DNA of 55,638 nucleotides, the filler included, from Catajapyx aquilonaris (taxonomy: Eukaryota): the NCBI GenBank assembly GCA_000934665.2. It is 3 parts of 3 records of this genome, joined end to end, with 100 filler letters (N's around TTAATTAATTAA, not from the genome) between each part and the next. Parts side by side here need not be neighbours in the genome. Positions count along the whole stretch, not along the records: positions 1 to 18,486 come from KZ539575.1; 2 more parts are not named here. One strand, 5' to 3'. Made by a program: the position numbers and the translations under genes. Under the pieces are notes generated by a model. The model was given only the letters and a program-made list of their open reading frames with translations. It did no database searches and had not been told where the DNA came from. The first letter of the stretch is position 1. Every line of letters begins with the position of its first letter. Positions 1 to 14,500 of the stretch are shown in pieces.

Positions 1-1237
1 GGAGCGGATACTTGCATCTTGGGCGGGGAGAAGATTTTCTTGGTCGATTTTATTAAGGTTCGTACACAGTTGAGAGGAGAGTGGAGATAGAGTTTATGGA
101 GATGTGTGCGTGGCCTGACCATCCACCAGAGTGTCATTTTGTAGGTCATACGAGGGGGACAGGGGCAACCTGTACTCCGCTGGCTACCCCTCTATGGGAT
201 TATTTTGCCGTGAAGTAAATGGTGGTAGTAAATGGAGGTGGCAGGCAGGATTGTCAGGAAGTGTTGAGAGTCTCAACGACTTTTGTCATATAAGTTCTGG
301 ACCTAGAAAAGGCATGGTGGGAATTGTCCTGCGGAAAGGTTTGGCCTTAACTATGGTACCATACTCGATATGATTGCATTAAAATTGTGGACATTCGGGC
401 GCCGAAGCGTTCCCGAATTTGTCGCGTTCCTGCCGCCATGTTATTCAAATGGGCTTTTCGGGAAAGCCATTTTCCTTTCACTTCAACTCGATGAAAAGGT
501 CACTTCTAGGCCGAAAATGGTAAAATGACGCCGAAGGTGCTCTGCGCCAGATCATGTCCAATTTTTTGGTGTAATTTTTGTGTCCATTGCTCCATTTTTG
601 TGGCCGTAAGGCCGCCGGAGCGTGGACATGTCGAATCCCCATATGCTGTCCATGCAAACGCGAGTTTGTTTACGTAGTCGCCAAGGGCTCGCATTGTTAC
701 CGATTGTTACCGTATTTTTTAAATAATGTAATGAAAATAAGGTAAAGCATATATTTATTTAAGCAGTTAGCGTACGTAATTCCACATAAAGTGTAGAGAT
801 GATATTTACACAAAATAATATTCTAAATAATGTGTGACTATTGTCACACATGGATTCCAGTTACACGCATCGCTGCTCATAATGAATTATTAACTTATAA
901 TTTTATTTCGGGGTTCTATTACGTCCTTGGGTTTTTTGTGTAGGGGATCGGGCACTGCAGCACGTCAGGCCGGATACGTGTTCAAAATATGAAGGCTGTA
1001 CTTGCAATGGTTTTTGAGATATGCTTGACAGAAAAACTCGTCTGAACAAGAACAAGGAAAATTTTCATTGTTGTTTTTGCACGAGGATCTTACTTATAGG
1101 GACTATCGTCCCTACAATTATAATAATAACCAGTCTATATTTTAAATGGTGCATATAAAAAATATATTAAATATAACATTTATGTGTAATTATTAAGCCT
1201 TGACATGTTTATTGACGATGCCTGTTTTCCACTGCAG

Positions 1238-3134
1238 GTGAGGCTGAACGCCAGTCCTCCCAAGTAGAACCCCAACATGTCTCCATGCCGCACCCTCCAA
1301 TTGATCCTGCTGGCCGCCCCCCTTACAGCCCTGAATTGAGCATGACTGCACTGCAGATCCGCCAGCAGAAGGAGAAAGAAATCAAAGAGCTGGAGGGAGA
1401 GTGGCAGAGGAAGCTTCGGCAGCAGGAAGATAAGGTTATAAACTGAGTTACTTTCTGCTGACATTTTCACATTGACGCCTTTTATCACACAGACAACGAC
1501 AATTATTTGAAATTCAGTGGAATCTGTACAGGTCTAACGCCCACATGTCAAAATTATTCAGTCGCATTGTTATCAATTTTAAAATTGAAAAGTGTGGAAG
1601 TATGTATATTTTGAAATGTGATATTTTAAAAGTATTATCTAGCTCGAATCTGCCATAACTTTTTTTCTGGTCGTTTGGAGATTCGTGTTATAGAAATAAT
1701 AACCTACACCTAACATGGACATGACAGGCAGGAGATGACAAATCTGAAGTATAAGCAATACTTTCATGTAATCAAAGACAGTGAAAAGCTGTTTAAATTA
1801 ACTGATGGCCTCCTTTTTCCTGACTCCAGTATGTGAAGATAGGGAAGATGACGGAGGACGAGTTCCAGAAGTCAATACAAGAAGTGGAGAGGATGTTCCA
1901 CCAGCCACATGGCCAGGTTTGCCAGGACCAACAGGCCAAGGTGCTCGGCTGCTATCAGGAAAACCCCACGCAGTCCCTCAAATGTGCGAAGCTAGTTCAG
2001 GCATTCTCCCAGTGTGTTGAGGCATCTAGACTGGTGAGTGTTGCACTGTCTTATGTAATTAATCTCATGTTCGCAATTTTCTAACAAAAAAAAGTGTGTG
2101 TGTGGTTAATAATTGATCTCCACATGGTCTAGGGGTACTGACACATTGCTCCCGTGCCCTCAAAAGGCACATTAAGGTAGCTGACTGCTGCGAGCATCAT
2201 GAAAGGTGAATTTACCAGTGGAGATTATGCTAGCAGTTATCTATTACCATGTGGAAAAATCAGATTGATTCAAATCCATACATTAAGATATTCCACAGCA
2301 GGAGCATGAAGGGGCATTTGCTGTAGGCCACAAACTCAACATATTGTCGGCCGGCGATCAAAACCTTGTAACTCCATTTTGCGCGAAAATTGACTTACGT
2401 ACATTGTAAGTCCCTTTGCACAACTTTGCAACAGTGCACATGAATTCAACATCATCCTCATGAAAGGTAAGGTTTACGTTATGCTATACTGTAGGAATAA
2501 TTGTCAGCATGAACAGAAAACATGATTTTACAAAATGTTTTTTGTCCATCCTGTAAAATTTCATCTTGAGGAGTTACGAGGTTTTGATCGCCGGCCGACG
2601 ATATGCAGAGGCAATTTCACAGTAAGAGGTAGTCCGTGAAGAAGATATCAATTGGCCCATGTGTTGTGGAATAGCCCTGACATAATATGGATTTGACAAA
2701 TACTGACAGGTGGAAATGGATAGCTTTATCCTGTTGTATGCTTGATTTTTATTCCTTTTTACATGTGAATGTAGTTTATGAACAGGAATGCTTGTGCACA
2801 TGCATCACCTTTCAGTGCACCATGTAGATGTACTTGTTTGCCAAACATTGGTCATGTTGAGAGACATGTCACAGGTCACAACTGACTTGTGAATGACAGA
2901 CTGTGCATGTGTTTTAATTTTCTGTGAAATTTTGTAGGTTCCTGACAGTCCTCCCGGCGGACCGTGTGCTTGATGTCGCCTAATTTGTAACCTGCCCCAT
3001 CCCTGCACCCTGCATGAGTGAGCATTTTGTGTTCTTACTTGCAGTAACTTTTATTCTTCTTACTCAAATCTGGTTGAACATGTGAATTAACTCTCTCTTT
3101 GAATTTTCAGGGTGGCATCAACAGGAAGGGATGA
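1238..3134 (+). CDS. CHCHD3: MICOS subunit MIC19 (CHCHD3/6 family), 5'-partial; exons 1238-1434, 1830-2033, 3111-3134
   Basis: GT-AG-bounded exons in consistent phase give a coiled coil (LQIRQQKEKEIKELEGEWQRKL), a twin CX9C CHCH domain (CQDQQAKVLGC..CAKLVQAFSQC) and a GGINRKG* end. AATAAA at 3138. First exon not found in this contig. Confidence 0.88.
2341..2604. mobile_element. MITE in MIC19 intron, ~35-bp TIRs
   Basis: atattgtcggccggcgatcaaaaccttgtaactcc (2341) is the near-perfect inverse of ggagttacgaggttttgatcgccggccgacgatat (ends 2604). Confidence 0.75.
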
Positions 3135-5519
3135 TTTAATAAAAACACTTGCTTAGTAGTCCGACCCCAAGGAGTTCTTGTCAAATGAGCTGAAAGCGAC
3201 AACAGTTGTGTACAGTAATAGTGACATTTAGGTTGTTGGTCAAGATGCTCATGAAAATAAAAGGCAAACACAGTGACATGCGTAATTTGGGCGTGTTCTG
3301 TAGCTTGTGAAAGCAAGAGCAGAAAATAATATGAGTAGTAATTTACGATAGTTTATTCCATAATACGTGTTCTCTTTACATTTTTCACTATATTACTTTG
3401 TTCTGTACAGGTGTGTCACTCTACATAGGATATATTCTCTTCTCAGGTAAAACCCAAGTCTAACCACCCCATAATAATACTACATTTAAAAAGGGGAAGA
3501 AATAATAATAATAGCCTTCATCGTCATAACATTAAAGAATCCTACACTGCTTTAAAGAATCGTCAACTCTTGAAAACAAGCGATGGTAAATTTGCACATT
3601 GAAAAATATACCTTGGGGATTTTGGGGGATACACAGGTAAAATTGAAGTTCAAAAGTGTGAAATATTGTATACAAAGGTGCTCTAGTCCTTAAATCATCT
3701 TTCATTCAATTTTTGGTCATTCTGTGATGCAACTGTTGCCTTAACAAGAGGTACAGGTGGTTTTGTTTGTCTCATTTCTAGTCCGTTATTGCTGCCAGAG
3801 GTGCATGCAAAATCTTTTGAACCTCTTATCAATGCAAATGAGATCAACCTTGCAAGTCATTTTCCCCCCAGTTTTTGTGGACACAGGGTTGGTTTAATTG
3901 CGAAATAAGCACATGTCCGGCTTTGATATAAATACCACACTGCTCCTTCTGATCCTTTGCACTTTTGGGTGTCATCATTACAGAGTGCTATCACACTTTC
4001 AAAGTAAAAAGCACACAAAATACAAGCTAAAAAACGTGATCGGAACATCTGCACTTGTGGGTATGGGGGGAATGGTACAGTACGTATGTACATGTGTACA
4101 TAAATGTACAAGTCATGAATTTTTCCTTTCATTCATTCAAATGGTCCCCTTGTCTGAAGCTAGACCCAACAGTCATCGTCAGTTTCCAACTAGTCCACTT
4201 AATTTTCGTGATCCAGCCTCGACAGGAAGGGAAGTACATGCTCTTGCAGGCACTTATTTGCACTTCACATGGATATACAAGGGGTAAGGAGAAATAAACA
4301 TGGGTGCTTGCTAAGACATGAGTTGGGAGCTGGGGAAAGGGACGACAGTGAGAAACAAGAGGACATTTGGATTTCAGTCTTTCACATTGCAATTATAAAT
4401 TCTTACACATCAATGGCTGGATCAGTTCCCATCACTTACACAATTTTTTGGCAATCAAATACAACCACAGTCAATGACTTGATAGAACCTTCTTCCTTAC
4501 GTGCATACGTAAGCTAAACATAAATAACTTTGTCATTCAAAGTGATGAATATAAGACGCTTGAAAAACTACCATCTGTCCCTCCTGAAGTGTCATTGAGG
4601 CTTCAATCCACTGGCAACCATTTGGTGGCACTGACTGAATGTGTGGTTTATGCATGCTCTTTTTTAAATGCACCATTTCAGGTCATTCCAGTGTGTGGTG
4701 GTGACGACCACATATCACCATATAATTAATAGCAAATGAGAACTTCAAGCCCCAATATACGGTACTTTCAAATAAGACGTTTCCGACTAGATGCTCTATT
4801 ACTGGCATCTTGGATGCAGTGATAAGGAAGCCAAATAACTTTAAAAATCACAAGTTATTAAGTAGCAAAATCAGGAAAATATTCCAAGTACCTAATCATT
4901 TTCGCTTTAAAATTTTTTCTATAATAATTAATTTTATGCTTTACATCAGGAGGGGAGAACAAATACTTGACTTGTACTCTTGGGCATTCCCCAATTTTTG
5001 AGGGTGTCCCTAAATGAAGTCACATAAAACAAGAGACAAAAAAAAACATACAAATTGGACAGAACTTGTTGCCTTTCTTCTAGGGAAACAATAAATAGAG
5101 AGATTTAAATCTCCTTTATGCATGCATTTCGGCATGTTTTACTTTTAACACTCATGGGACAGGGCAAGAAATGTAAACTAGTGTATGTACATGGTAAAAT
5201 TAAAATGTCAGATAACTTGGTTTACCGGGAAAAATCACATAAACTAAACATGGATACATTACCGGGTAGCTGTTGCTAAAAAAAAGTAACACCAAGAACA
5301 ACCACTGCATTTGTGCAGTTCAAATTTTGGAAAAGTGTCTCCCAACACCACTGCTTCCACTTGGAAACTTATTGCTCCCAAAGTCACTGGGGCCCCCGAC
5401 GCATCATTTTAAGGCACAGGAAGCAGCTGCTTCCTAACTACAGTACCGGGAATGGATATCAGCCATTATATAAAAGTGTAAAGGACAGTCTTTTTGTAGG
5501 GCAAGTTGAAGAGATTAAG

Positions 5520-8500
5520 CTATGCCTCGTCCTTATCCTGTACTCTGGTTATGCTGCTCATACTCAGCATGATCTGACCAAGTAAATCAGGTGGGGCAGA
5601 TGATGGCTGGATTTTGGTGGGTGTTACGGCTTGGGTCGGGTTTGGAGTTGAGGCCGGGGTTGATGCTGAGTTCGGAACTGGGGGTGGTGCTGTGGCTGAG
5701 GCCGGGCTTGTGGGTGGATGTGGAGCCAAAGCTGGCGCTGGAGCAAGGGCAGGTGTGGGCGTGGGAGCAGTGGATGGAGAGGATGCTTCCTCCTTCTTTG
5801 CATGTCCATTTTTCCTTGCAGTACTCTTCTCGCTGCTCCTTCTACGCTTCTCACCTGTGCTGTCTTCACTCTCACGCCTCTTTTTGTGCCTCTCTGTGGA
5901 GTCCACTTTCGTGGCATCCAGCTTTGCCTTCTTCCTTGCCTCACTGTCGCTATCTTCCCTCTCCCTCTTCACCTTCACCTCTTTTTTCCCCTCTTCCCTG
6001 GTTTGGTGCCTCTTCTTCTCCTTCTTTTCCTTGTCTTTTTCTGTCAGGACGTCTACCTTCTCCTCTACTTTTTCGGGAGGGGCAGCAGCTTTGGGGCTTC
6101 CTGACTCCTTCCCATCAGGGTAGTACTGCTTCAGGCGCACATGCCAGGCAATGCTGGTGACAGCGGTCACAGTGCGGAATTGGTGGATGATGTTGCGTGG
6201 CAGGAAGTAAATGTCATTGTCGCACAACTGGATCCGTGCATATCTTATGCCATCTCTTCTTAGCTGGTTCAACTTCGCATCCTCCACCCACTGGACACAC
6301 TGGAACAGAAGAGCCAAGTGATGTCAAGAACATGAATGAAATGAAAAGACTATATCCTGATTGGATCTGGACATGTGTGAACTACCTGCTCTTAAGGCAA
6401 AGTATCAATTGCAGGCAATTTCTTTATGGCAGTAGTCGGAAGCTTCATGATTCAATATTAATTTTAAGAATAAAATGTAGAAAGTAATTTTTCCAATTGG
6501 GTTGTAAGTCTACAGTAGATTGAAAAAGTATCGTCATGTTTAGAGCTAGTTTCACGTGAATTAATTTAAAGGTCACAAGGCACCAGGTAAGATGTAGCAG
6601 TGAAATCTGACTGTAGCATAACTGGACATAGCAGAATCTTGTCTAAATGCTAATTAACATAATTAGAAGGCATTAGTTACGTATTCATGCTGGTTCATGC
6701 ACCAGCTCAACAAGAAAAACTGACTTACAAACACAAATATTGGTCACATAAGTTCTCTGTTATTTACCTGGGAGATGGGTGGCTCGTGTAGGTCAAGTTG
6801 CAGCTTCTCTACCAGCTCTGGGAAGTTCCTGGCATGGAAGGCCACCACGTCCTTGGTAATCCGGTTATGCTCATATGAGTTGCTACAATGCACAGCTTTC
6901 AATATACCTGCAGAGGAGAAAGGAACAGTCATTCTGTAGTCAGTACTGAGAGCTTTAACATCTGGGTGCATTTCTCTGCCTCACTCGCAAAGGTCTGACA
7001 ATAGAGAATTAAGGATATTGTGAATGTGATTTCTGCAGTAAGTTTTGGAATAAATTTGAGGTAAGCAGACATATTGCAGAATGACAGTAACTGCAGAGCT
7101 CATGGTGAGGCCAAGGGGTCAAACATTCTCACACAAATATATTTATGAGATTCACCCAAAAACGGTAAGATGAATTTGTTTTTCCGTCCTAAACAATAAA
7201 ACCTTGTACATCTTGCATCTCTTTTTAAAAACATGGGTACTAACCAACAGCAGCTGTGGTCATCCGGTCAAGCCCATGACCCACGTGATCCGCATGTGCT
7301 TTTGTCCTGTCCTCGAACATGCTCTCTCGGGCTTCGAGCATGCGAGGTAGGTATTGCAGGTTGCGCAGCTCATTCATGCCAGTCCTCCTGCGTTTGTACG
7401 GGGACTTGGTGTCTGCTGTTGGAACCATCTGCTCTCCTGGGCGGATCCACAGGATGGGGCCATCATTTGACTCTTGTGGAGTCTCCATTCTAACAACAGC
7501 CAGTGGACCCCATGGCATTGTCTGGGAAAAATGACAGAAGTGGAAAAGATGAAAAACAAGGCATTTAGGGGATTTTCTTTGGCATGAAGTAATTTTTTTT
7601 GTCTGCGGGAGGCCTGCTGCAACCATTTGCATTTTTAAAAACTGGCATGATATAATTTGTGGCAACATTTCTTAGTCGACCTTATGGTACAACAAAAATT
7701 TTAATATTTGCCAAATGGTTCAAGATGGACAACAGCTACTGGCAGTCCCCCAAACAGAAACAAATACTCCACATTAAAAAAGATCCATAGCATGCTAACA
7801 TCGCCAGTGACAACTGTAGTTTTTCCAATGTTCACCATTTTCTCTCTTAAACTGTGGATTTTGGGTAATCCACAATTCCGTTTGGATTTGTAGCCTTCTC
7901 AAGATTAATCTAATGCCTCAATGCAGCACAATCATATCGTTGAGCATACAATGTCATGCTGGTAATTTTGAGGGGTGACAAGATTTTTTCAAGTAATCAC
8001 ATCTTGTGGCTATGCCAGAATGTTTGTAGGTATTGTTCTTGCTAGTCAGGCCAGTTGCATGTAAAGGAAACTCTAGTAGTTAGGCAGCATAAAATCTTGG
8101 AAAACAAATACCACTGTAAGTGCACATTTCCTCCAATGGCATCTTGCATAAACACAAATGTCCTGAGAAAATCCTAAATTTACTCTGGACACCTCCGTTT
8201 TTCAACTTACTGCCGAGAAACTGCCCCATAAAGTACAGTTAAGAGTTAAGAGTGGCACAGCTTCAGGAAAACAACTCCATTAAAAACCATCCTACATGGG
8301 TACCCCAAGGTATACTGGGCTACTTGTCACCCTCACTTTATAGTGGCATGTTGCTCTATGTGCAAAGACAGACTGTATATCAGCAGCTTTTGTGACAAAT
8401 GTGCAATATTTTTTGAATTCTACTTCTCGTGACATGTAGCAGAGGTCCATTATTGCCAAGAAAATGTTGCTGAACAAGACAACAATTTGTCCTTTAGGAA

Positions 8501-11500
8501 CTCACGCTACTTAGAGCTTACGATTCCTGTCACTCAATATTTAGAAATACAAGAGTTGAGGAAAAGACAAGTATTTTAAAGGTAACCAAACTCACTGGCT
8601 TAAGAAAAGGGTTCATCTCCAGCAGGTTGAGAAAGTCAGGGAAGTAGCCACCAACTTCCTCATGCACTGTACCAACAAGGCTGATTTGATGAAGAGGCCC
8701 ATAGCGAAATGTTCCATTGGCATAGTGCAGCATGACCTGCTCCCTGTACTTCTGCATGGTGGTTGTCTCAATGTCTGAATTGCGACCCAGCACTCCATTC
8801 TTGACAGTCAGCTGTGGATAACGCTCTGCCATGAGGTCGAGAAGATCAGGAAGGTAACGTGCGGCATCATGCACAATGCCCATGACGTGGTGGGCAAAGC
8901 CATCCTTATCTTCGCTGAAGACAACCCTGAAGAACTCAGCCACCAGCTCTTGCATTTGGGTGTCATTTAGCATTGCTATCTCATCTTGGTACAGATGGAC
9001 AACACTAGCACCACCATTTGGATATGTCTCCACCCGAATAAATCGTTGGTAATCATTCTCATCCACTGGTGCTGGTCGTGGGATACGGCTCAGGTTACGG
9101 TCTAGTGTACGGTCCCGCCAGCACTGCACACCAATGCTGGCTCGCTTAACTTTGCTACGATGGTGGCAGTGAGAGCATCGTGATGATGATGAGTGCCCAC
9201 TGCTTGACCTCCGGTGAGATGAAGAGCGGTCATGTGACCTGTGTGACGACTTGTGATGGCTGCGGTGGTGTTTGTGCTCAGTTTTCTTCTCCAACTTCAC
9301 CTCTGGTTTTTCGTCTTTCGTGACAGTGTCAACAACAGTCTCCATCGACATTGGGAGCTGCATGTCCCAAGAGACATCCGAAGCTGCCACAACAACTGGT
9401 GCTGACGTAGCATCCCACGCAGCATCACCAGTCTGGCTGTCAAGTGGTAGGACTGTTATTACTGCTGGTGGTGAGAGAGGCTCATCAACAAGTGGTGTTC
9501 CTGGGCTAACAATTGATGACTGATTAAGGTTGGCATCATGTACAATACATTCTTCCTCCTCTTCCTCTGGTAGTATGGCATGCTTTTCTTCAGCAGGTGC
9601 TGCCAGTACTTCTTTTCCATCCCATCTGATATCCTCGACCTTGCTTTCCTCAATGGTGGAGGTACCAACTTCAGATGAATCTGCAGTGTCAACAATAGCT
9701 ACCATGGGTGTAGCACTGTCAGAGGCAGTTGAGTCAGCATTAATAACACTGTCCACATTGACAGTGTTAGAAACACTACAGTCCACGTTGATGACTGCAT
9801 CAGCTTCACTGGAATCTACTGAACTGGCATTGGGTACACTAGATTCAACCAAGCTACCACCAGCACCAGCAGAATTGACCTCAGCAGCACTTTTGTCATC
9901 CGAGTCCAGTCGCACCAAACGCACGCTGCACTTTCCTAACTGATCACCGGCACTGTCAACTGGTTCATTGTTAGGTGTGAGTTGCTCTCCACAAACTGGA
10001 CCATTGCTGGGCACCACCTCCTCAACAGCACCTTCCTCTACATGCTCAACATCATCACTCCATGCCATTATGGACACTCGCTGATCTTCTTCATTTACTT
10101 TGATGCAGATCTCCTAGACGTAAAAAGGAGCATGTAAATACAGCCTTGCAGAAGCACTTGAGGTTTTCATTTGCTAAAGAAATAAAAACATACCTTATCT
10201 GAAGGATCATCAGGCTTCTGGTTATCTCTAGAACGTTTTTCACGATGGGCCTTCTCATGGTCCTTGTCTCTGTGCTTTTTCTTCTTGTGGTGTTTTTTGT
10301 GATGGTCATCTGAGTGGTGCTTTGATGAACCTGACAAGCACAAAGAATAATTTAGTAAAGCAATTTTCCCAAAACATCAAATAATTTTTTTATATGATCA
10401 ACGAAATTTTCTGCTTCACAGCACTAGGCTACCCATAGCTGATTATTATTCAACTGAGGGATCTTCAGTAGCATTGCTTCGCAAGGGGTAAAGTAACTAG
10501 CTGTTTGCACCAATTGTTTTGATGTATGTTAACACCTAACTGCAAGCCTAGTTCCAGCCATGGGTTGCCTTGCTTTCAATTGAAACCAAGTGCATTATAT
10601 AATTCTTCTTAGAATGTATGTTACTGGAGTATGCTTCCTATGTAACCAATTGTGATCATGATAAAACTAATGAGCATGTCACCTTATGACGAGGAAGGGT
10701 CTTTCACCTGCAGTCAGGTGAGTGCATGTGAACCTTGACTAGATATGATGCCTGCCAACTTTTTACATGTCAGGTAACAACAGAAATAATGTTGACACTC
10801 TTTATCAGGAAAATCTCACACAGTTTCTAATCAGGAGGGGTCAGCTGTCAAGGACATTAAACTGATTTCTGTCGTTAACTATCCTGTCTCTTGTGTTGTA
10901 CACTGTCACGGAAGTCCACATACTTCCTGAAAGCAAATTTGGCACAGATCCCTCCATTATTGGCATTTTTTGATTGCATGTAACACACACACACCATGTT
11001 TGTGTGTGTATATCAAAATGGTTTCCTCTATGATTATTATTATCATATCACAAAAATACTGGCTGCAACGGCAGAAGTGTATTGTATTGGTTAGGTGGGC
11101 AAGGATGTAAAAAAAACGAAGCATTTCTGGTGAGAAGATTGTACAGCATGTTCCTATAATGCCCCTAGTGGATAGAAATATTTTGGCACTAAGCTGCTTA
11201 CTTTGAAGCAGTTACTTTGGACCAGTTACTTTTAGCAGTTATCAAAAAACAATCTGTTAACAACAGATTGTAAGGCTGGTTGGTAATTCTCAGAGGAATA
11301 TAAAGTAAAATATATGTGATAGCGATATTGATTGGGAATATGTCAAACGGGCCTTCAAAAATCCACTAAAATTGCAAGGGAAAGGCAATTGCAATATTTT
11401 CCACATAAATGCCCACCCACCCACCAGAGCACATGCAAGAATGCTTTTCATGCACAGCAGTGAAACAGGGTCAAATATATTTCGAAGTCCACTATTGGAC

Positions 11501-14500
11501 ATTGAGGACCATTACTCTCCTGGTCAAAGAACAGGTAAAAAGGAAATGTGGTCCTGCAGGCCCAAATTTGTGAATTTGGAGGCAAAGTACCATGAAAGTG
11601 ATTAATTGGAGGCCACTGCTTTTTAGGTGGCATTGCCAGGTGCAGCCTAATAGACTGTACATTGTGCTTATATGCATTCTGAGGATACTCTCTTGTCAGC
11701 CTAGAAAGAAAAACAAAAGGAAGCTGCAAACGTGTTGTACACTTTTCAAGTCATACTCTCTTTTTCCACACCAACGAAACACTCCCTGAGGCTGGGAAAC
11801 TGGGCCTTGGATATGTTTTCTTTGAACAGAATAATCCACTAATATATTTGATAACCCCTAAAAGCGTTGTTTTAAAGTAATTGCTTAAAATAAGCAGCCT
11901 AGTGCCAAAAATTGCTTATCATTAAGGGAATTTTCACTAGAATGCTGTAAAATAAATTATTAATCTGGAAACCATTCAACCTCTCTCATGTTGCAGTACA
12001 TCTTATCTACTGGGACTTCCCCTTTGCCCTAGTGTGAAGCCAAAAAATACTTTTAAAGCCACCTTTTTCAAGGCAAGGGTGCAAAATTCCCCTTCAGACA
12101 TCCGGCATCCTAATAATCCTAGTTTTTTGGTCAAAGATACCTCACAGCATTCCTGGATTGGAATTTGTCACATAACTAAGCCGGAAAACAATAGGGCATG
12201 CATATCTCTACCCAGAACAATTGTGGTGGGTGCCTCAAGACATGAGCTTTTGGAGATTAAATTACATAAAAGATTATCAATGTCATAGTACAATCAAGAA
12301 GGAAAAGTAGGGCTTGTTTGTGGATGAATATTAATAACACTAAATATGATGAATGTGTAAGTTGGATCCAAGTAGTTGTGATTATTTTTGTGATATTTGT
12401 AATGACTTTGAACTTACTTATGATATGTTTCCTGATGCAAGTGTATAGTGAATAACTGCACAGTAAGCTTGGTGTTGTAAATCCACATGTTAGGATTAAT
12501 TCACTGGAATGCAGCTACAGTGAAGCTTGTCTGTAGCAGAACTGTTCCATTCAAAAAGGAGTTTCTGTTATGTAAAACAATACTAACTAGAAAATTAGTT
12601 TAACGCTCATTAACCTGCCTCTGAATTGGTGCCCTGAAGTCCTGGCACTTTTCACAAGTCACATTTATTTGTGCCACACTTCCAGTTCAATAATAATTTG
12701 TGAAATACTTTCCTGCAGTATCAATTCGGCTATACATTATAGCATGTTGGGTTTCTTTACTAATAACAATGGTGTTTGTTTGCATTTTAGATAGGCTTTG
12801 CAGTATCCAGGGAAAAAAATCACATCTCACTGCCACGGACACAAAATATTTCCACAGGAGACAAGTTTCCACTGTATCCAAGGCCCACAATATGCACATA
12901 TCACTGTATTGCATGATAATTGTAATGGCACACAGCTGTCTTACTGTTAAATTGTGTATACATGATCAAGGCAGTTTAACCACAAGATATATGTTATACA
13001 AAGAAATTAAATTCAGTTATGACCAGGAAGAATATTTAACATATGGTCTCCCAATTACAATTAAGAATGATAGCAAATTTAAGAAACAATTCAAAGTATG
13101 TACGTTTGGAAGTAGATTCAATTATGCTTTTTAATGAAGATTTTTGTGAATGGTGCAACATGAAGGAACCACTGACAGCATATCACATAATTTACGAATG
13201 TAGATACTTTTCGACCCCGAGAACCATCCACTTATACAATCTTCCCAGATATCCACCCTCACACTATCATTTGCTCTACCAGGGCATTACAAAAAAACAC
13301 ATTTTTGCCTTATTTAAGTTTTTTCAGAATGTCAACAAAAGAATCAAATTTTCTGCATACTAAGGCAATTTTTATAGTCCCACAAAAGCAATTCACACGA
13401 CCTGTTCCCCAATGTTCAAATTTCCTGTTCTCTTTTCTTCTTTTCTTGTTCTTTTTTTCTTTTCTTTCTTTTTAAACTTCAAAGTATAAACAAAAAGGTA
13501 GTGTGGTTAATGAACTAACTAAGAATGAAATAGATACATAAGGAATATTGTAATTTTTGTAATACGGAAACTGGTGTAGTGTGTCCCCCGAAACAGGGCA
13601 ACAGCCCTGAGCAAGGGGCAATAAAATAAAATAATAAAAAAATGATCAAGGCAGTTTAAGGACATTTTTCAGAGTATTTATAGAAAGGTGCCAATATTAA
13701 ATTTGCAAGACCACCAAACATGGATCCTGGTCATTAATTATGTGAAAGTAAGATCAAAGAATAAGCATTGGTAATCACGAAAGCCCCATACACCCAAGAC
13801 AACTGTGTCTCCAAGTGTTATCCTTGGCAGGCTTTACTATTCAAAATCTGCACCTCCCAATTCCACATAATGTTCCAATCATTCTTTGCTGTGTATACTA
13901 TTCCATTCTCTCCTTCACCTTGGAAGCACACCTGCACTGCAGATTGCTTACTTATCAGTCATCACAGATCCATCCTACACCTTATGACATTCAGTGTGAA
14001 TGATGTAACAGGAAGTGAATTTGATTACATGAGGTGGCTGCTGTAAAGGGTAATTATAATATTGGACATGGATTCAAAAACTTATATGACTGACCTAATT
14101 TCAGATTATATTGTATCTGTAAGATGATAGTTACCATAACACCCCCCATTTATATTATGAACTTGATTGTGATTACTTGCATGTAATAATTACCACACTG
14201 AAACATTATATCCTACTTACAGGGTAGTCACTCAGGCATACTGGTGTACACTTGAATGGATTGCACATTCCAGGTCTATAATCTGCTTATTGACAGTATG
14301 TAATGGTGTCATCATTGTGGTAGTTATTATTAGTAAAGTCAAAATAATAATGGCAATGAGGGTGATCTGTGCATGAACTTGTACGAATGAGAGTATGCAT
14401 TAGGCAGGGGTGCACGTAGTTTACGAGTGTGTAGCCCTGTGTCTACTCAGTGAATTACACCTGACAGTGCCAACATGTGGTTGCTTGTGTGTGAACAAGT

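Noticed and set aside
5591..6160. Plus-strand ORFs over RSBN1 (similarly 42357-42965, 49268-49981, 50997-51413)
   Set aside because: Antisense shadows of low-complexity coding exons.
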